DNA of 64,000 nt from Candidatus Poribacteria bacterium (GTDB taxonomy: Bacteria; Poribacteria; WGA-4E; WGA-3G), in the NCBI GenBank assembly GCA_965198235.1, contig OZ240248.1, positions 672,001-736,000 of the forward strand, written 5' to 3'. The position numbers and the translations under genes were made by a program. How positions within the stretch are numbered: position 1 is the stretch's first letter; the number at the start of each line of letters is the position of its first letter. Below are positions 1 to 9,559 of this stretch, one piece after another. The notes under the pieces were generated by a model, which was given only the letters and a program-made list of their open reading frames with translations, made no database searches and had not been told where the DNA came from.

Positions 1-51
1 TAATACCAACAGGCGGTTTTTCATACAGATTTCAATAATTCGGTTAATCAT
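1..51 (-). CDS. cusA: CusA/CzcA-family heavy-metal RND permease, N-terminal fragment running off the window edge
   Basis: Reverse complement of 1-51 reads MINRIIEICMKNRLLVL, a typical CusA N-terminus. It lies directly downstream of the CusB-like gene. Confidence 0.75.
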   Translation of the reverse strand, partial: MINRIIEICMKNRLLVL

Positions 52-152
52 GCTCTCTCTCACTTCTTGTAGATGTGTTTTGTCGAGGCAATCTTACTCT
101 TAAGAATAATTTGTGCTCGCAAATTCAGATTACGGCTAAAGGAACCCTCAGA

Positions 153-2036
153 CTAATGCTGATGAACAGGCGCGGTTGATTCTTCACCGCCGAGTGCCCC
201 GCCGTAAGCACCGGATGCGGAACCTGTTAATTGCGTCTGCGAATCTATCAGGAAGTTGCCATGAGTGACAACCATATCACCAAGGGTAAGACCACTCACA
301 ATAGGATAGTATCGGCGTTTGGTTTCTGAGTCGCCCGTTGTTCCCCAAGCTTCGGGACCCACCTTAACTTCAATCTGTTCATAACCTGATTCACCGCGAT
401 CCACGAAGACTATTTTCCGTAAACCGGTGTCAATGACCGCACTCTTGGGAATAGTTAGAACTTCACCTGTCATGTGGAGCGGTTTTCCATCACGTGGACA
501 CAGCCCTGGGACGGTTGCATACTCGTCAGGATGGTCAGGACACACGTATTTGAAAATCAATGGTGGCTGATCTGCGTGGAGGGAAGGCGAGGGCGCGAGT
601 TGATGGGCATGAGAATGGGCACCAGTTGTTGACTGTTTTTCAACGAGATCCATACCGCAGATAGAACACTCTCCAAATTCGTCAGACTGCACTTCGGGAT
701 GCATCGGACAGGTCCACGCAGATGCTGTCGTCTCTGTGGGTGTAGATGCTTTCGCTCTTTCAACAAGATCCATACCACAGATAGAGCATTCACTGAATTC
801 CTCAGACTGCACTTCGGGATGCATCGGGCAAACCCACTTCCCCTCTGTTTCAGGTGCCGATTCAGGCCCAATGATATCGGAATGTGTCGGTTCCAGATCC
901 ATGCCACATATCTCACACTCAGCGGGATGTTCAGACGTAACCCATGGATGCATCGGACACGCATACGGGGCTTCTGAGATGGCTCCATGGGTATAGATTT
1001 CTGCAAGTGTCGGTTTTATTTGAAGGGTCACATACATCCCTGGACGGAGCCGTCCGGTCGGATTGGGGACTTCTATCTGGACCTTCTGAGTTCGCGTTTG
1101 CGTGTCAAAGAACGGATAGATATAGGTAACTTTGCCAGAAAACGCTAACCCAGGCATCGATTGCGTCGTAATTTCAACCGCCTGCCCCATGTAAATCCAC
1201 GGCAGTTCATACTCGTAAACGTCCGCCATAATCCATAAACTATTAAGGTCGGCAATGCGGTAAAGATTCATACCCTTGTTCACGTGTTGACCTTGCGTGA
1301 CGTTCATGTGAACCACAGTCCCAGCCATCGGTGCGAACAGTGGTAACGTTGTACTGACTTCTCCGCGGTCGCGTATCCCTTCAATTTGGCTTAAGGTCAA
1401 TCCGTACAATTCAAGTTTGGATTTCGCAGCGTTAAGTGTCTGTTCAACCGATCTGCGCAGTTCCGCGTATTCCGTGTTTTGAAGTTCCTCAATACTTTTA
1501 AGTGCTGTCAAATATTCTTCTTGTGCTATGACCAATTCCGGGCTGTAGATAGACAAGAGTTCATCGCCCTTACGCACTTTGATACCTGTGAAATCGATGT
1601 GCAAGTCCTCAATCCATCCGGAAACTCGTATTGAAGCATAAGCCATACGTGTCTCATTGTAATCAAGAACACCGACGGTTCGGATTTCACGCGAAACTTC
1701 GCGGAAAGCAACAGGTTCGGTACGCACAGGAATCAGTGCCTTCTGCTGCTCAGTTAGCTCCAGTCCTGAACCTTCGTAAATAGGAATCAGATCCATCTTA
1801 CAAACTGGACAGCTGCCAGATTCTGACATTTTGACTGCTGGGTGCATAACACACGTCCAGAAACGAATCTTTTTTGCTTCATCTGAGGATGCTACCATTG
1901 GCTCATGGTCGGCATGTTTATTCATACCTGACATCGTGTTTTCCGATGTTGTTTCAGGTTTCTCTTGCTGACTACAGCCGAATATAAATAGCAGAGTAAT
2001 TATCAGTGCGGTTGCGAGGCAGAAATTTTTAGGCAT
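153..2036 (-). CDS. cusB: CusB-like RND periplasmic adaptor with several heavy-metal-binding (CPMHP..CxxC) domains
   Basis: MFP core (GWIEDL..VRKGDELLSIYSPEL, LYRIADL..LW, LRPGMY, GNFLIDSQ), lipobox IFGC and five C-x-M/D-H-P domains. Start moved to ATG 2036 on the AAGGAG SD. Confidence 0.9.
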   Translation of the reverse strand: MPKNFCLATALIITLLFIFGCSQQEKPETTSENTMSGMNKHADHEPMVASSDEAKKIRFWTCVMHPAVKMSESGSCPVCKMDLIPIYEGSGLELTEQQKALIPVRTEPVAFREVSREIRTVGVLDYNETRMAYASIRVSGWIEDLHIDFTGIKVRKGDELLSIYSPELVIAQEEYLTALKSIEELQNTEYAELRRSVEQTLNAAKSKLELYGLTLSQIEGIRDRGEVSTTLPLFAPMAGTVVHMNVTQGQHVNKGMNLYRIADLNSLWIMADVYEYELPWIYMGQAVEITTQSMPGLAFSGKVTYIYPFFDTQTRTQKVQIEVPNPTGRLRPGMYVTLQIKPTLAEIYTHGAISEAPYACPMHPWVTSEHPAECEICGMDLEPTHSDIIGPESAPETEGKWVCPMHPEVQSEEFSECSICGMDLVERAKASTPTETTASAWTCPMHPEVQSDEFGECSICGMDLVEKQSTTGAHSHAHQLAPSPSLHADQPPLIFKYVCPDHPDEYATVPGLCPRDGKPLHMTGEVLTIPKSAVIDTGLRKIVFVDRGESGYEQIEVKVGPEAWGTTGDSETKRRYYPIVSGLTLGDMVVTHGNFLIDSQTQLTGSASGAYGGALGGEESTAPVHQH

Positions 2037-2142
2037 TTTGTGAACTCCTTGTATTGTTTGCATCGTAGTTTTATAAGCCAAATGCGCGTCTCCGAGAAGA
2101 AATTAGTAATTGACGAACGCTAAAATCTTACACAAGGAAAGG

Positions 2143-3843
2143 CTACTCTCGGATCAGTGGTTGTTTGGGCAATATCATGCCAACCGCCTGTTCTAATTGT
2201 GTGAGATGTTGGTGATAATCACGCAATGCTCGATGCTCTTCAATTCTCAAATTTAACAAAGTGCGCTGGGCATCAAGAAAACTCAAAAAGTCAATTTGCG
2301 CTGTTTGATAGGCTGTATTCGCGGCATCCAACGCTTGCTGTGCTTGCGGAAGCAGCACCTGGCGATAGAGGCGAACACTCCGATCTGCTGTTTCCATTCC
2401 AAAATGATGTTTTTTCACAACAAAACGGAGCTTGCTCTCAAGTTCTTCAATTCGATGCTTCACCGCTTCAATTTTTACATTCACTTCATGGATGTACGAA
2501 TTTCGGTGGCCGAACCACGCTGCATTTGTCGGATTTAATGTGCGCTGCGTCATAAAAGTCACCGGCATTTTTTGTGTGTGTTTCAAGTCCGCCATGCTCC
2601 GGTTTTCAAAGTAACTTGCCCCGAGGGTCGGATCAGGATATGTCATCTGTTTTGCCATTTCCACAGCCAAGCCCATTTTACTGATTACCAACTTCTGTTT
2701 TTGGATCTCTTGACGTTTCTGAACTGCTAATTCATACAACTCCGCCAAAGTAGATATAACACGTTCCTCTTCAATTGGTACAGGAATTCCTAACGGCAAA
2801 TCTGCTGAAGCGTTCAATAACGTATTAAGACGCGCAATGATAGTTTCCCGTTGTTGTTCAAGCGTAATAATCACGTTCGCCGACTTCGATAACTCCACCT
2901 GTGCCATAATAACGTTTGAATATTTGCCTTGTCCGACACGAAACTTCGTCTGGGCAATGGCAATCATCTGCTGCAGTAATTTCTGATTTTCTTCGTTAAT
3001 ACGGGTTGCCTCAACGACAAAAAGATAATCGTAGTAAGCTAACTTGATCTCGGTCACCAGGTCTCGTAGGGCGATTTCAAAATCTTTTTGGGCGATTAGC
3101 ACATCTTCAGTGATGACCTGTCCTTTCAACGCTAAGGTATCTGGAAACGGAAATTCCATTGCCATCATCTCTTTATGCCGCATCGGTCCAACCTTCGTAT
3201 CAAGTTGTTTCGTGAAAGCGTTATACTGCCGTAACACATTCTCCAAGTAGACGGCTTGCGGATATTGCTCCAGTATCGCCCGAATTTTTTCACGGGCAGA
3301 TTTCAACCCCGAGCTCCATTCGTATCCAAGTGCCACAAGGAGTTCCAACGCAATAGGTTCAGCAAGTCGGGCTCTTGCGGCTTCAGGTGACGCTGCCAAT
3401 TGCCGATAGGCTTTCATCGTGTCTGTTGAAAGATCGTAAAATAGATTTGGCATCGGTGTTTCACTTTCTAATTGAGCTTCCCACTGTTTCTGGTACTTCA
3501 ACACCTTCGCTTCAATTTCGCTGAGAAACTGGTCTGATTCCACGATCGGATCGCTTTCAGTATTAGAAACCTTTTTTTCTACTTCCGTATAGTAGTAGGC
3601 AGATTGTTGTATCTTAGTACCACGCAATTCTTGATACGTTTCCAATCGATGATTTGCACACCCGCTTACCAGAACAGTCAGCATTATAAGACTGATGAGT
3701 AGGGTAACAGAACACTTACGATAGTAAAACCGGTGGTGATATAGTGTGCTCGAAGCGGCGTTATGTCGGATATGTATGAAAAGCACAACTATAGGCACAA
3801 ACAGATCTCGCAATCTGCCTTTATTGCACAGTATGTGAATCAT
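2143..3843 (-). CDS. TolC-family outer-membrane efflux protein with a long N-terminal extension
   Basis: OEP repeats (EIKLAYYDY..., AYQTAQIDFLSFLDAQR..LEQAVG) and an LVSGC lipobox-like motif. GGAGG SD precedes ATG 3843. Confidence 0.8.
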   Translation of the reverse strand: MIHILCNKGRLRDLFVPIVVLFIHIRHNAASSTLYHHRFYYRKCSVTLLISLIMLTVLVSGCANHRLETYQELRGTKIQQSAYYYTEVEKKVSNTESDPIVESDQFLSEIEAKVLKYQKQWEAQLESETPMPNLFYDLSTDTMKAYRQLAASPEAARARLAEPIALELLVALGYEWSSGLKSAREKIRAILEQYPQAVYLENVLRQYNAFTKQLDTKVGPMRHKEMMAMEFPFPDTLALKGQVITEDVLIAQKDFEIALRDLVTEIKLAYYDYLFVVEATRINEENQKLLQQMIAIAQTKFRVGQGKYSNVIMAQVELSKSANVIITLEQQRETIIARLNTLLNASADLPLGIPVPIEEERVISTLAELYELAVQKRQEIQKQKLVISKMGLAVEMAKQMTYPDPTLGASYFENRSMADLKHTQKMPVTFMTQRTLNPTNAAWFGHRNSYIHEVNVKIEAVKHRIEELESKLRFVVKKHHFGMETADRSVRLYRQVLLPQAQQALDAANTAYQTAQIDFLSFLDAQRTLLNLRIEEHRALRDYHQHLTQLEQAVGMILPKQPLIRE

Positions 3844-5176
3844 CGATCTTTCCTCCAACCAACTGCTCCAACCGAGCGAGATTCTGTTGATAGTCTACAA
3901 TCGCACGCAGCCGAGCGAGATTAAAATTTAACCAAACACTCTGCGTCTCAAGAAATCCTGTAATGCTCTTAGGACCTTCTTGATGCCACGTCTCAGCAAC
4001 TTCAATAGCAGCACCAGCTTGCGGAATAAGCGTGGTTTCATAGAGCTCGACAAGCCGCCGAGCGTTTTCAAGACGAAAATAAACCTTCTGGAGGGCAACT
4101 TTGGTTTCATCCTCCAAGACGCGCTTGTTCGCTGTGACAACTTCATGATTTTGCTGCGCTTCGCGAATCTTGCTACTGTTCTTCAAATCTGACCACGGAA
4201 TTGTCACACCAAAACCGATGCTAAACGGGTTTTTACCACTGCCAGGTGCGTCTAACATCAAAGCTTCACCCGTTTCTATTGTCATTAAGTCAAACTTAAG
4301 CATGGGCTTGGTTTGGAGCTCGGCAAGAGCAATCCCCTCGGTGGCTTTTTCGATAGTCAACGCCGCAATTCGCAACTCCTGTCGTTTTGCTAATGCCTGT
4401 TTTTCCACATCGGCTAACGCCACATCAAGAGGCTCGTAAGCAATAGGCACTGTTGCACCAAGCGACGTTGTTGAAGGAACAGACAGGATTCCATTGATGT
4501 TGGCATGTTCAACGCGCTGTAATTCCTTCAGCAGAATAAGATCATATTTCAACTGTGCAAGTTGGCTTTGTGCCTTCAACACATCATTGAGTGTTGTCTT
4601 TCCTTCCGCATAACGTGTGGTTGCAATCGCGAGAATAGAGGCTATCAGTTCATGATTTTGCCGTGTCAGCTCGACCGCCCGTTGGAGATACGCCAATTCG
4701 TGATAACTTAGTTTTAGTTCAACAATGAGATCTCGTACCACCTGCTCGTGCTTCACGCGCTCAATTTCTATTGCCTTTTTGACGACCTCCCCAGCTGCAT
4801 CAAGCGTACCAGGGTATGGAAATGTTTGTGAAAAACTAACTCGATGGCGTTGAGGTCCAACTCTCGTCTCCACGCTTCGCATGTAATAGCCGTACATGAA
4901 CATCGGATCGGGCAATGCTGTCACTTGTGGGTACTGTTCAATTGTCGCTTGCCACCGTGCCTTTGCCGCTCTAACTTTTGGATTCCGCTCAACCGCAACC
5001 CGAATTAAGCTCGGCAACTCAAGCGTTTCAGTAAATAGAGTCGTCACATCGGTTTGTTCCAGGGTTGACGCTGTCTGAGTTATCCCATGTGCTTCCGTTG
5101 GCACCAGGACTTGTAACACCATCATACTTCCGATAACAATAACCGCTAATCGATATAGTAAATTAACGCCACGCAT
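3821..5176 (-). CDS. TolC-family outer-membrane efflux protein
   Basis: Signal peptide; ERNPKVRAAK..ALPDPM..SQTFPYPG and LARLEQLVG motifs. Confidence 0.85.
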   Translation of the reverse strand: MRGVNLLYRLAVIVIGSMMVLQVLVPTEAHGITQTASTLEQTDVTTLFTETLELPSLIRVAVERNPKVRAAKARWQATIEQYPQVTALPDPMFMYGYYMRSVETRVGPQRHRVSFSQTFPYPGTLDAAGEVVKKAIEIERVKHEQVVRDLIVELKLSYHELAYLQRAVELTRQNHELIASILAIATTRYAEGKTTLNDVLKAQSQLAQLKYDLILLKELQRVEHANINGILSVPSTTSLGATVPIAYEPLDVALADVEKQALAKRQELRIAALTIEKATEGIALAELQTKPMLKFDLMTIETGEALMLDAPGSGKNPFSIGFGVTIPWSDLKNSSKIREAQQNHEVVTANKRVLEDETKVALQKVYFRLENARRLVELYETTLIPQAGAAIEVAETWHQEGPKSITGFLETQSVWLNFNLARLRAIVDYQQNLARLEQLVGGKIDDSHTVQ

Positions 5177-5202
5177 TATCGTCTCCTTGAGAGGATAGGT
5201 AA

Positions 5203-5309
5203 TTCAGTTTTCAGTTTCGCACGAATTGTCATTACACGGCTCGCTCCTACCATAGAGCGGCGATCGGAAAATTGCAGTAGTGACAATACGCAGACAACTG
5301 AGAACTGAA
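5203..5309. repeat. Intergenic element bounded by inverted repeats (TTCAGTTTTCAGTT...AACTGAGAACTGAA) with an internal REP-like core
   Basis: 13 of 14 bp terminal inverted repeat built from a 7-mer unit; internal CTCGCTCCTAC REP-like motif. Confidence 0.5.
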
Positions 5310-5393
5310 CACCATATTTGAGGAGCCGTATTCGGAGCTTTCTCTAACGGGAGGCATCGTGCTCAGAACCTGCTCCTATCAGACTCGACGAAA

Positions 5394-6023
5394 TTAAAGT
5401 GAAATCTTGACAGCTGGGCTCGTCACGCGAACGCGGACCTCATGTTCTGTGCCTTTTGGCATAGCAATGAACCCTTCGTAGGTGTGCGTCATTTTGCTAT
5501 ATTTTAGTAGTGCCATCTTCGTTTCCGCTTCGGTATTGGTAACCTGAATGGCGAGTTTAACATCACCTAACGCAATCTCCCCATGATCTTGCGTCGGATA
5601 TATACTGAAATAGTGCGTTTTTCCCTTAATCTCGTCGGTTTTTATCATGCCCTCCATTCCCATGTGAGACATCATCTTCCTGTGCGCATCTATAGTGAGT
5701 ACGTTGAGATCAAATGTCAAATTTCCCACTGAAATTGTTTGGAGGTACTTATCTGGATTCGCCTTGAACATCTCTGCCTGCATATGGTTGCAGAAGTAGT
5801 AGGCTTTTCCGTCCTGTTCAACTTTCATCATTGCTGAAGGCTTCATCATCATGCCGTCAACTGTGCAACGCACCTTTTCAGCAGCAGCTGTATGCGCGCT
5901 GTGATGGTGGCCCTCATGCTTTTTGTGCGCGTCTTCTGCCTTAAGCGAAAAGACTGAGAACAGCAGCACGGCTGGGATTGCCAGGAAAGATGCGACGATT
6001 CGCCGCGTCAATTTAATTTTCAT
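5394..6023 (-). CDS. Periplasmic YHS-domain, His/Met-rich metal-binding protein
   Basis: Signal peptide, HKKHEGHHHSAH tract, and YHS signature CTVDGM...GKAYYFCN..FKANPDKY. Confidence 0.8.
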   Translation of the reverse strand: MKIKLTRRIVASFLAIPAVLLFSVFSLKAEDAHKKHEGHHHSAHTAAAEKVRCTVDGMMMKPSAMMKVEQDGKAYYFCNHMQAEMFKANPDKYLQTISVGNLTFDLNVLTIDAHRKMMSHMGMEGMIKTDEIKGKTHYFSIYPTQDHGEIALGDVKLAIQVTNTEAETKMALLKYSKMTHTYEGFIAMPKGTEHEVRVRVTSPAVKISL

Positions 6024-6354
6024 GTGTTTCTCCTTTTTTATTTTGTTTTACTTGTTGTCCAGCATTATTACATGAAAGTTTTTTGCTGGGATTTGGCCGG
6101 TGTGCTGACAGACAGATACAACACACTACACAGCATACTCAAAAGAAACTTGTCAGTTAACACAGTATGCTAACGGTTATCGCCGCTATGTAATATAGGT
6201 AGGCAACTTTGCCATAGAACGAAAAATCGCGCTACAGGTTTATTAACAGTTCTGCTTGTAAACTTTCATGAAAAGAAAGCTCGGGAAAACGCTATAAAAA
6301 AATAATGGAATCAAGGAATAGGTGAGTGCTTGAAGAATTCCTAGTGGAACTCAC

Positions 6355-6795
6355 TTAGCACTGGGTAAACGGAGGACCTCTATGGGATAGAGAGTGGTCG
6401 GGGAAAAACGTGGAGGTTAGAGGCACGAGGGAATTCTCGAACAATTCCCACGGTGCAATAGGTAAAGTTACTGAGAGAGGAAGAATTGAGACGAGAGGCT
6501 GCTCAATCAACCCACGTGATTCGTGAGCGTTGTATCTATCGTCTGGAAGAACGAGTTCTAAATTTTTCGAGCAGCAGGATTTACCGCTTTCTGATGGAGT
6601 TTCGGTTTCATCTGCTGTGCCTGCTTCGACACTTTGGCAGCAGATTGAGCGTGTTTCAGCATTTCCGTCCAAGACTTCTTGAGATCCGTCGTGGCAGAAC
6701 TTTTGTTCTAAAGTTGCACAAAGAAACGGGCATACTGAATAAACGTACAATAGTCCTACAAGTAGAATGAGAATTTGCCGATGTTTTCGTAACAC
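6355..6795 (-). CDS. Cys-rich exported small protein with C-terminal RGPP (DUF2946/CruR-like leader candidate)
   Basis: Hydrophobic N-terminus; CPFLC, C, CC and CC cysteines; ends LSHRGPPFTQC; first ORF of the metal efflux operon. Confidence 0.65.
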   Translation of the reverse strand: MLRKHRQILILLVGLLYVYSVCPFLCATLEQKFCHDGSQEVLDGNAETRSICCQSVEAGTADETETPSESGKSCCSKNLELVLPDDRYNAHESRGLIEQPLVSILPLSVTLPIAPWELFENSLVPLTSTFFPDHSLSHRGPPFTQC

Positions 6796-7139
6796 TGTTC
6801 AATAAACTCCGCTGTTTTCGTCAGAAAATGGAAACCGAATGAAATACTTTAGGATACTATACACCAAAATCTCAAAAAGTTGCAAGAAAAAAACAGACAG
6901 CCTAAGGCATTTAATTTTGGTGTATCTTTCAAGTATGAGGAATCATTGGTCAACTTCGCAGGATAAGCTTCGTTTTTTATAAGACTGCTACATTATTTGA
7001 GACCGCATCGAAGGAGAATATTACACTGGTGTAACGCTTTTAGGAACACGTCGATGAAGGCGTGCCAAAAGCAGAAACAATTTGGAGTCGAGGATTCAGC
7101 GACAGATCCGTTAAATACACAATAAAAGTTGAATTTAAG

Positions 7140-7168
7140 TTGCATTTCAGATGCAAATGAGATATACT
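7140..7168 (+). promoter_or_regulatory. Sigma70-like promoter of the msrP operon, overlapped by a palindrome
   Basis: TTGCAT-N17-TATACT; the palindrome TTGCAT-N5-ATGCAA covers the -35 box. Confidence 0.55.
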
Positions 7169-7289
7169 ACTTGGCAAATCTCGCTCCTGCATCTGTAGCA
7201 CTCTGAAGTGTCGCTCTCCGTCTTCTAAGTAAAATAACAGAAGATAGTCAAATCATTGTCCTTAATAAATTACAACGGAGGAAAACCTC

Positions 7290-8249
7290 ATGGCGCATAT
7301 TAAAATTCCAAAGGGATGGGAAATCCGTGAAAATCAGGTGACATCTGAATCAGATTATATGAACCGCCGGAAATTCATCAAAGACTTAGGGATAGCGAGT
7401 GCGAGTACCTTACTCATCTCGAGTTCAAACGCGTGCGCGCAGAATAAAGGGGTAGAAAAGCAGTTGGAACCCTTCCGCGCGCAAAAACTTGCTGCCGAAA
7501 ATAATACAAACTTTACTGTAAATAGGCAGATGACTGATGAAGTTACTGCTGCTACTTACAACAATTACTATGAGTTTACCAATAGGAAAGACCGTGTTTG
7601 GAAAAAAGTGGATAAATTTAGAACACGCCCGTGGGAAGTTGAAATATCGGGATTAGTCGAAAAGCCGATGACGTTGGATGTGGATGACTTAATCAAGCAG
7701 ATGCCGATTGAAGAGCGAATCTACCGGTTACGCTGTGTTGAAGCGTGGGCGATGGTGGTGCCTTGGATCGGCTTTCCAATGAAAGCGTTGCTTGAAAAAG
7801 TTCAACCTAAGGCTGAAGCCCAGTACGTTCGGATGCTCACATTTTTGGACGCTGACATGGCACCCGAGCAACAGAACGTACGCATGCCGTGGCCCTATTT
7901 TGAAGGACTAACGCTTGCCGAGGCAATGAACGACTTGACGCTACTCACTGTCGGCATTTATGGGCATATCTTGCCGCCGCAGCACGGGGCACCTATTCGT
8001 CTCATCGTCCCTTGGAAGTATGGATTTAAAAGTATTAAGTCCATTGTCAGTATTGAGTTGACTGACCAGAAGCCGCGGACTTTTTGGAATACGCTCGCGC
8101 CGAGGGAGTATGGCTTTGAAGCAAACGTCAACCCTAATGTGCCACACCCCCGTTGGTCGCAAGCCCGCGAACGGATGATTGGAACTGGGGAGAGGCACCC
8201 AACGGTGATTTACAACGGCTATGGCAGCCATGTCGCACACCTCTATTAA
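7290..8249 (+). CDS. msrP: Protein-methionine-sulfoxide reductase catalytic subunit MsrP
   Basis: Tat motif NRRKFIK; YNNYYEF, RLRCVEAWAMVVPW, QHGAPIRLIVPWKYGFKSIKSI and NVNPNVPHPRWSQA motifs. Confidence 0.95.
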   Translation: MAHIKIPKGWEIRENQVTSESDYMNRRKFIKDLGIASASTLLISSSNACAQNKGVEKQLEPFRAQKLAAENNTNFTVNRQMTDEVTAATYNNYYEFTNRKDRVWKKVDKFRTRPWEVEISGLVEKPMTLDVDDLIKQMPIEERIYRLRCVEAWAMVVPWIGFPMKALLEKVQPKAEAQYVRMLTFLDADMAPEQQNVRMPWPYFEGLTLAEAMNDLTLLTVGIYGHILPPQHGAPIRLIVPWKYGFKSIKSIVSIELTDQKPRTFWNTLAPREYGFEANVNPNVPHPRWSQARERMIGTGERHPTVIYNGYGSHVAHLY

Positions 8250-8299
8250 GGTAAGTTTTTCAAAGCGGCAACGCAACTACTTGAAATAGCAGGGTACAG

Positions 8300-9559
8300 A
8301 TGGATAGAAAACAGACAATCACAAAAACTTTTCTTGGACTCTTCTGCTCGATTTTGCTACTATTCGTCGGATGTGATGAGTTTCGGCCGGACATGTTTGA
8401 GAAAAAAGAAGCTAAACCTGAGATTGGCTCCGTTGATGGCAGTGTTGTCACGGCGAATACTAAATTTGGTTTTAACCTGTTCGATGAAATCCGCAAAACT
8501 GAGCAGGATAAGAATATTTTTATCTCACCCTTCAGTATTTCTGTTGCCTTGGCAATGACACTGAACGGCGCATCCGGCGAAACCGAGCAGGCGATGACCG
8601 ATACGTTGCAACTGCAAGGATTAGACTCTGCATCGATTAACACCGGCTATGCCGGACTGCGCCAAATACTTTTGACATCAGACCCGAAAGTGACACTTAC
8701 GATTGCAAACTCACTTTGGGCACGCAAGGGTAGCCCATTCAAGCAGGATTTCCTGCAGCGAAACACCCAATTTTTCGGCGCGGAGATTTCAACACTGGAT
8801 TTTAACGATCCGAGTGCTTCAAAAACAATTAATCAGTGGGTAGATACCAATACAAATGGCAAAATTCAAAAAATCATTGATAAAATTGGCCCAGGCACGG
8901 TGTTGTTTCTGATTAACGCTATCTACTTCAAAGGTACATGGCATAAAGAATTCGACCCATCAAAGACACGAGAGGGTCCCTTCCATCTCGCAAATGGCGA
9001 TGAAAAACAGATACCAATGATGAGAAAACTTCACTGGTATCCATACTACCGAGGAGAGAACTTTCAAGCGATTCGCCTCGCTTATGGTGATGGGCAGATG
9101 AGTATGTATATTTTTCTGCCCGACCGTGAATCCGACCTCAACATCTTTTTAGAGAACTTAAACGCCGAGGGTTGGGAGAATTGGATGTCGCAGTTTCGCG
9201 GACAAGACGTGTCCCTCGTTATGCCTAAATTTAAGTTGGAATATAGAAAGACGCTTAATGATCCGCTAAAAGCACTTGGCATGGACATCGCGTTTAAGCA
9301 AGGTCTTGCAGATTTCAGCCGCATGGCACCTTTAGAGATTTCAGATGTCAAGTTGTATATTGAAAAAGTTGTCCATAAAACCTTCGTTGAAGTCAACGAA
9401 GAAGGTACTGAAGCCGCCGCGGCGACCAGTGTTGAGGTCGGCGCAGTCAGTGTGCCACCACCACCAATTTCTTTTAGTGTAGACCGGCCCTTCTTCTTTG
9501 CGATTCGTGATAATGAGACAAAGACGGTGCTATTTATGGGTGTTGTTGTAGAACCATAG
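8300..9559 (+). CDS. Serpin (lipoprotein)
   Basis: Lipobox LFVGC; NIFISPFSI, NAIYFKGTW, hinge EEGTEAAAAT and DRPFFFAIRD...LFMG motifs. Confidence 0.95.
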   Translation: MDRKQTITKTFLGLFCSILLLFVGCDEFRPDMFEKKEAKPEIGSVDGSVVTANTKFGFNLFDEIRKTEQDKNIFISPFSISVALAMTLNGASGETEQAMTDTLQLQGLDSASINTGYAGLRQILLTSDPKVTLTIANSLWARKGSPFKQDFLQRNTQFFGAEISTLDFNDPSASKTINQWVDTNTNGKIQKIIDKIGPGTVLFLINAIYFKGTWHKEFDPSKTREGPFHLANGDEKQIPMMRKLHWYPYYRGENFQAIRLAYGDGQMSMYIFLPDRESDLNIFLENLNAEGWENWMSQFRGQDVSLVMPKFKLEYRKTLNDPLKALGMDIAFKQGLADFSRMAPLEISDVKLYIEKVVHKTFVEVNEEGTEAAAATSVEVGAVSVPPPPISFSVDRPFFFAIRDNETKTVLFMGVVVEP

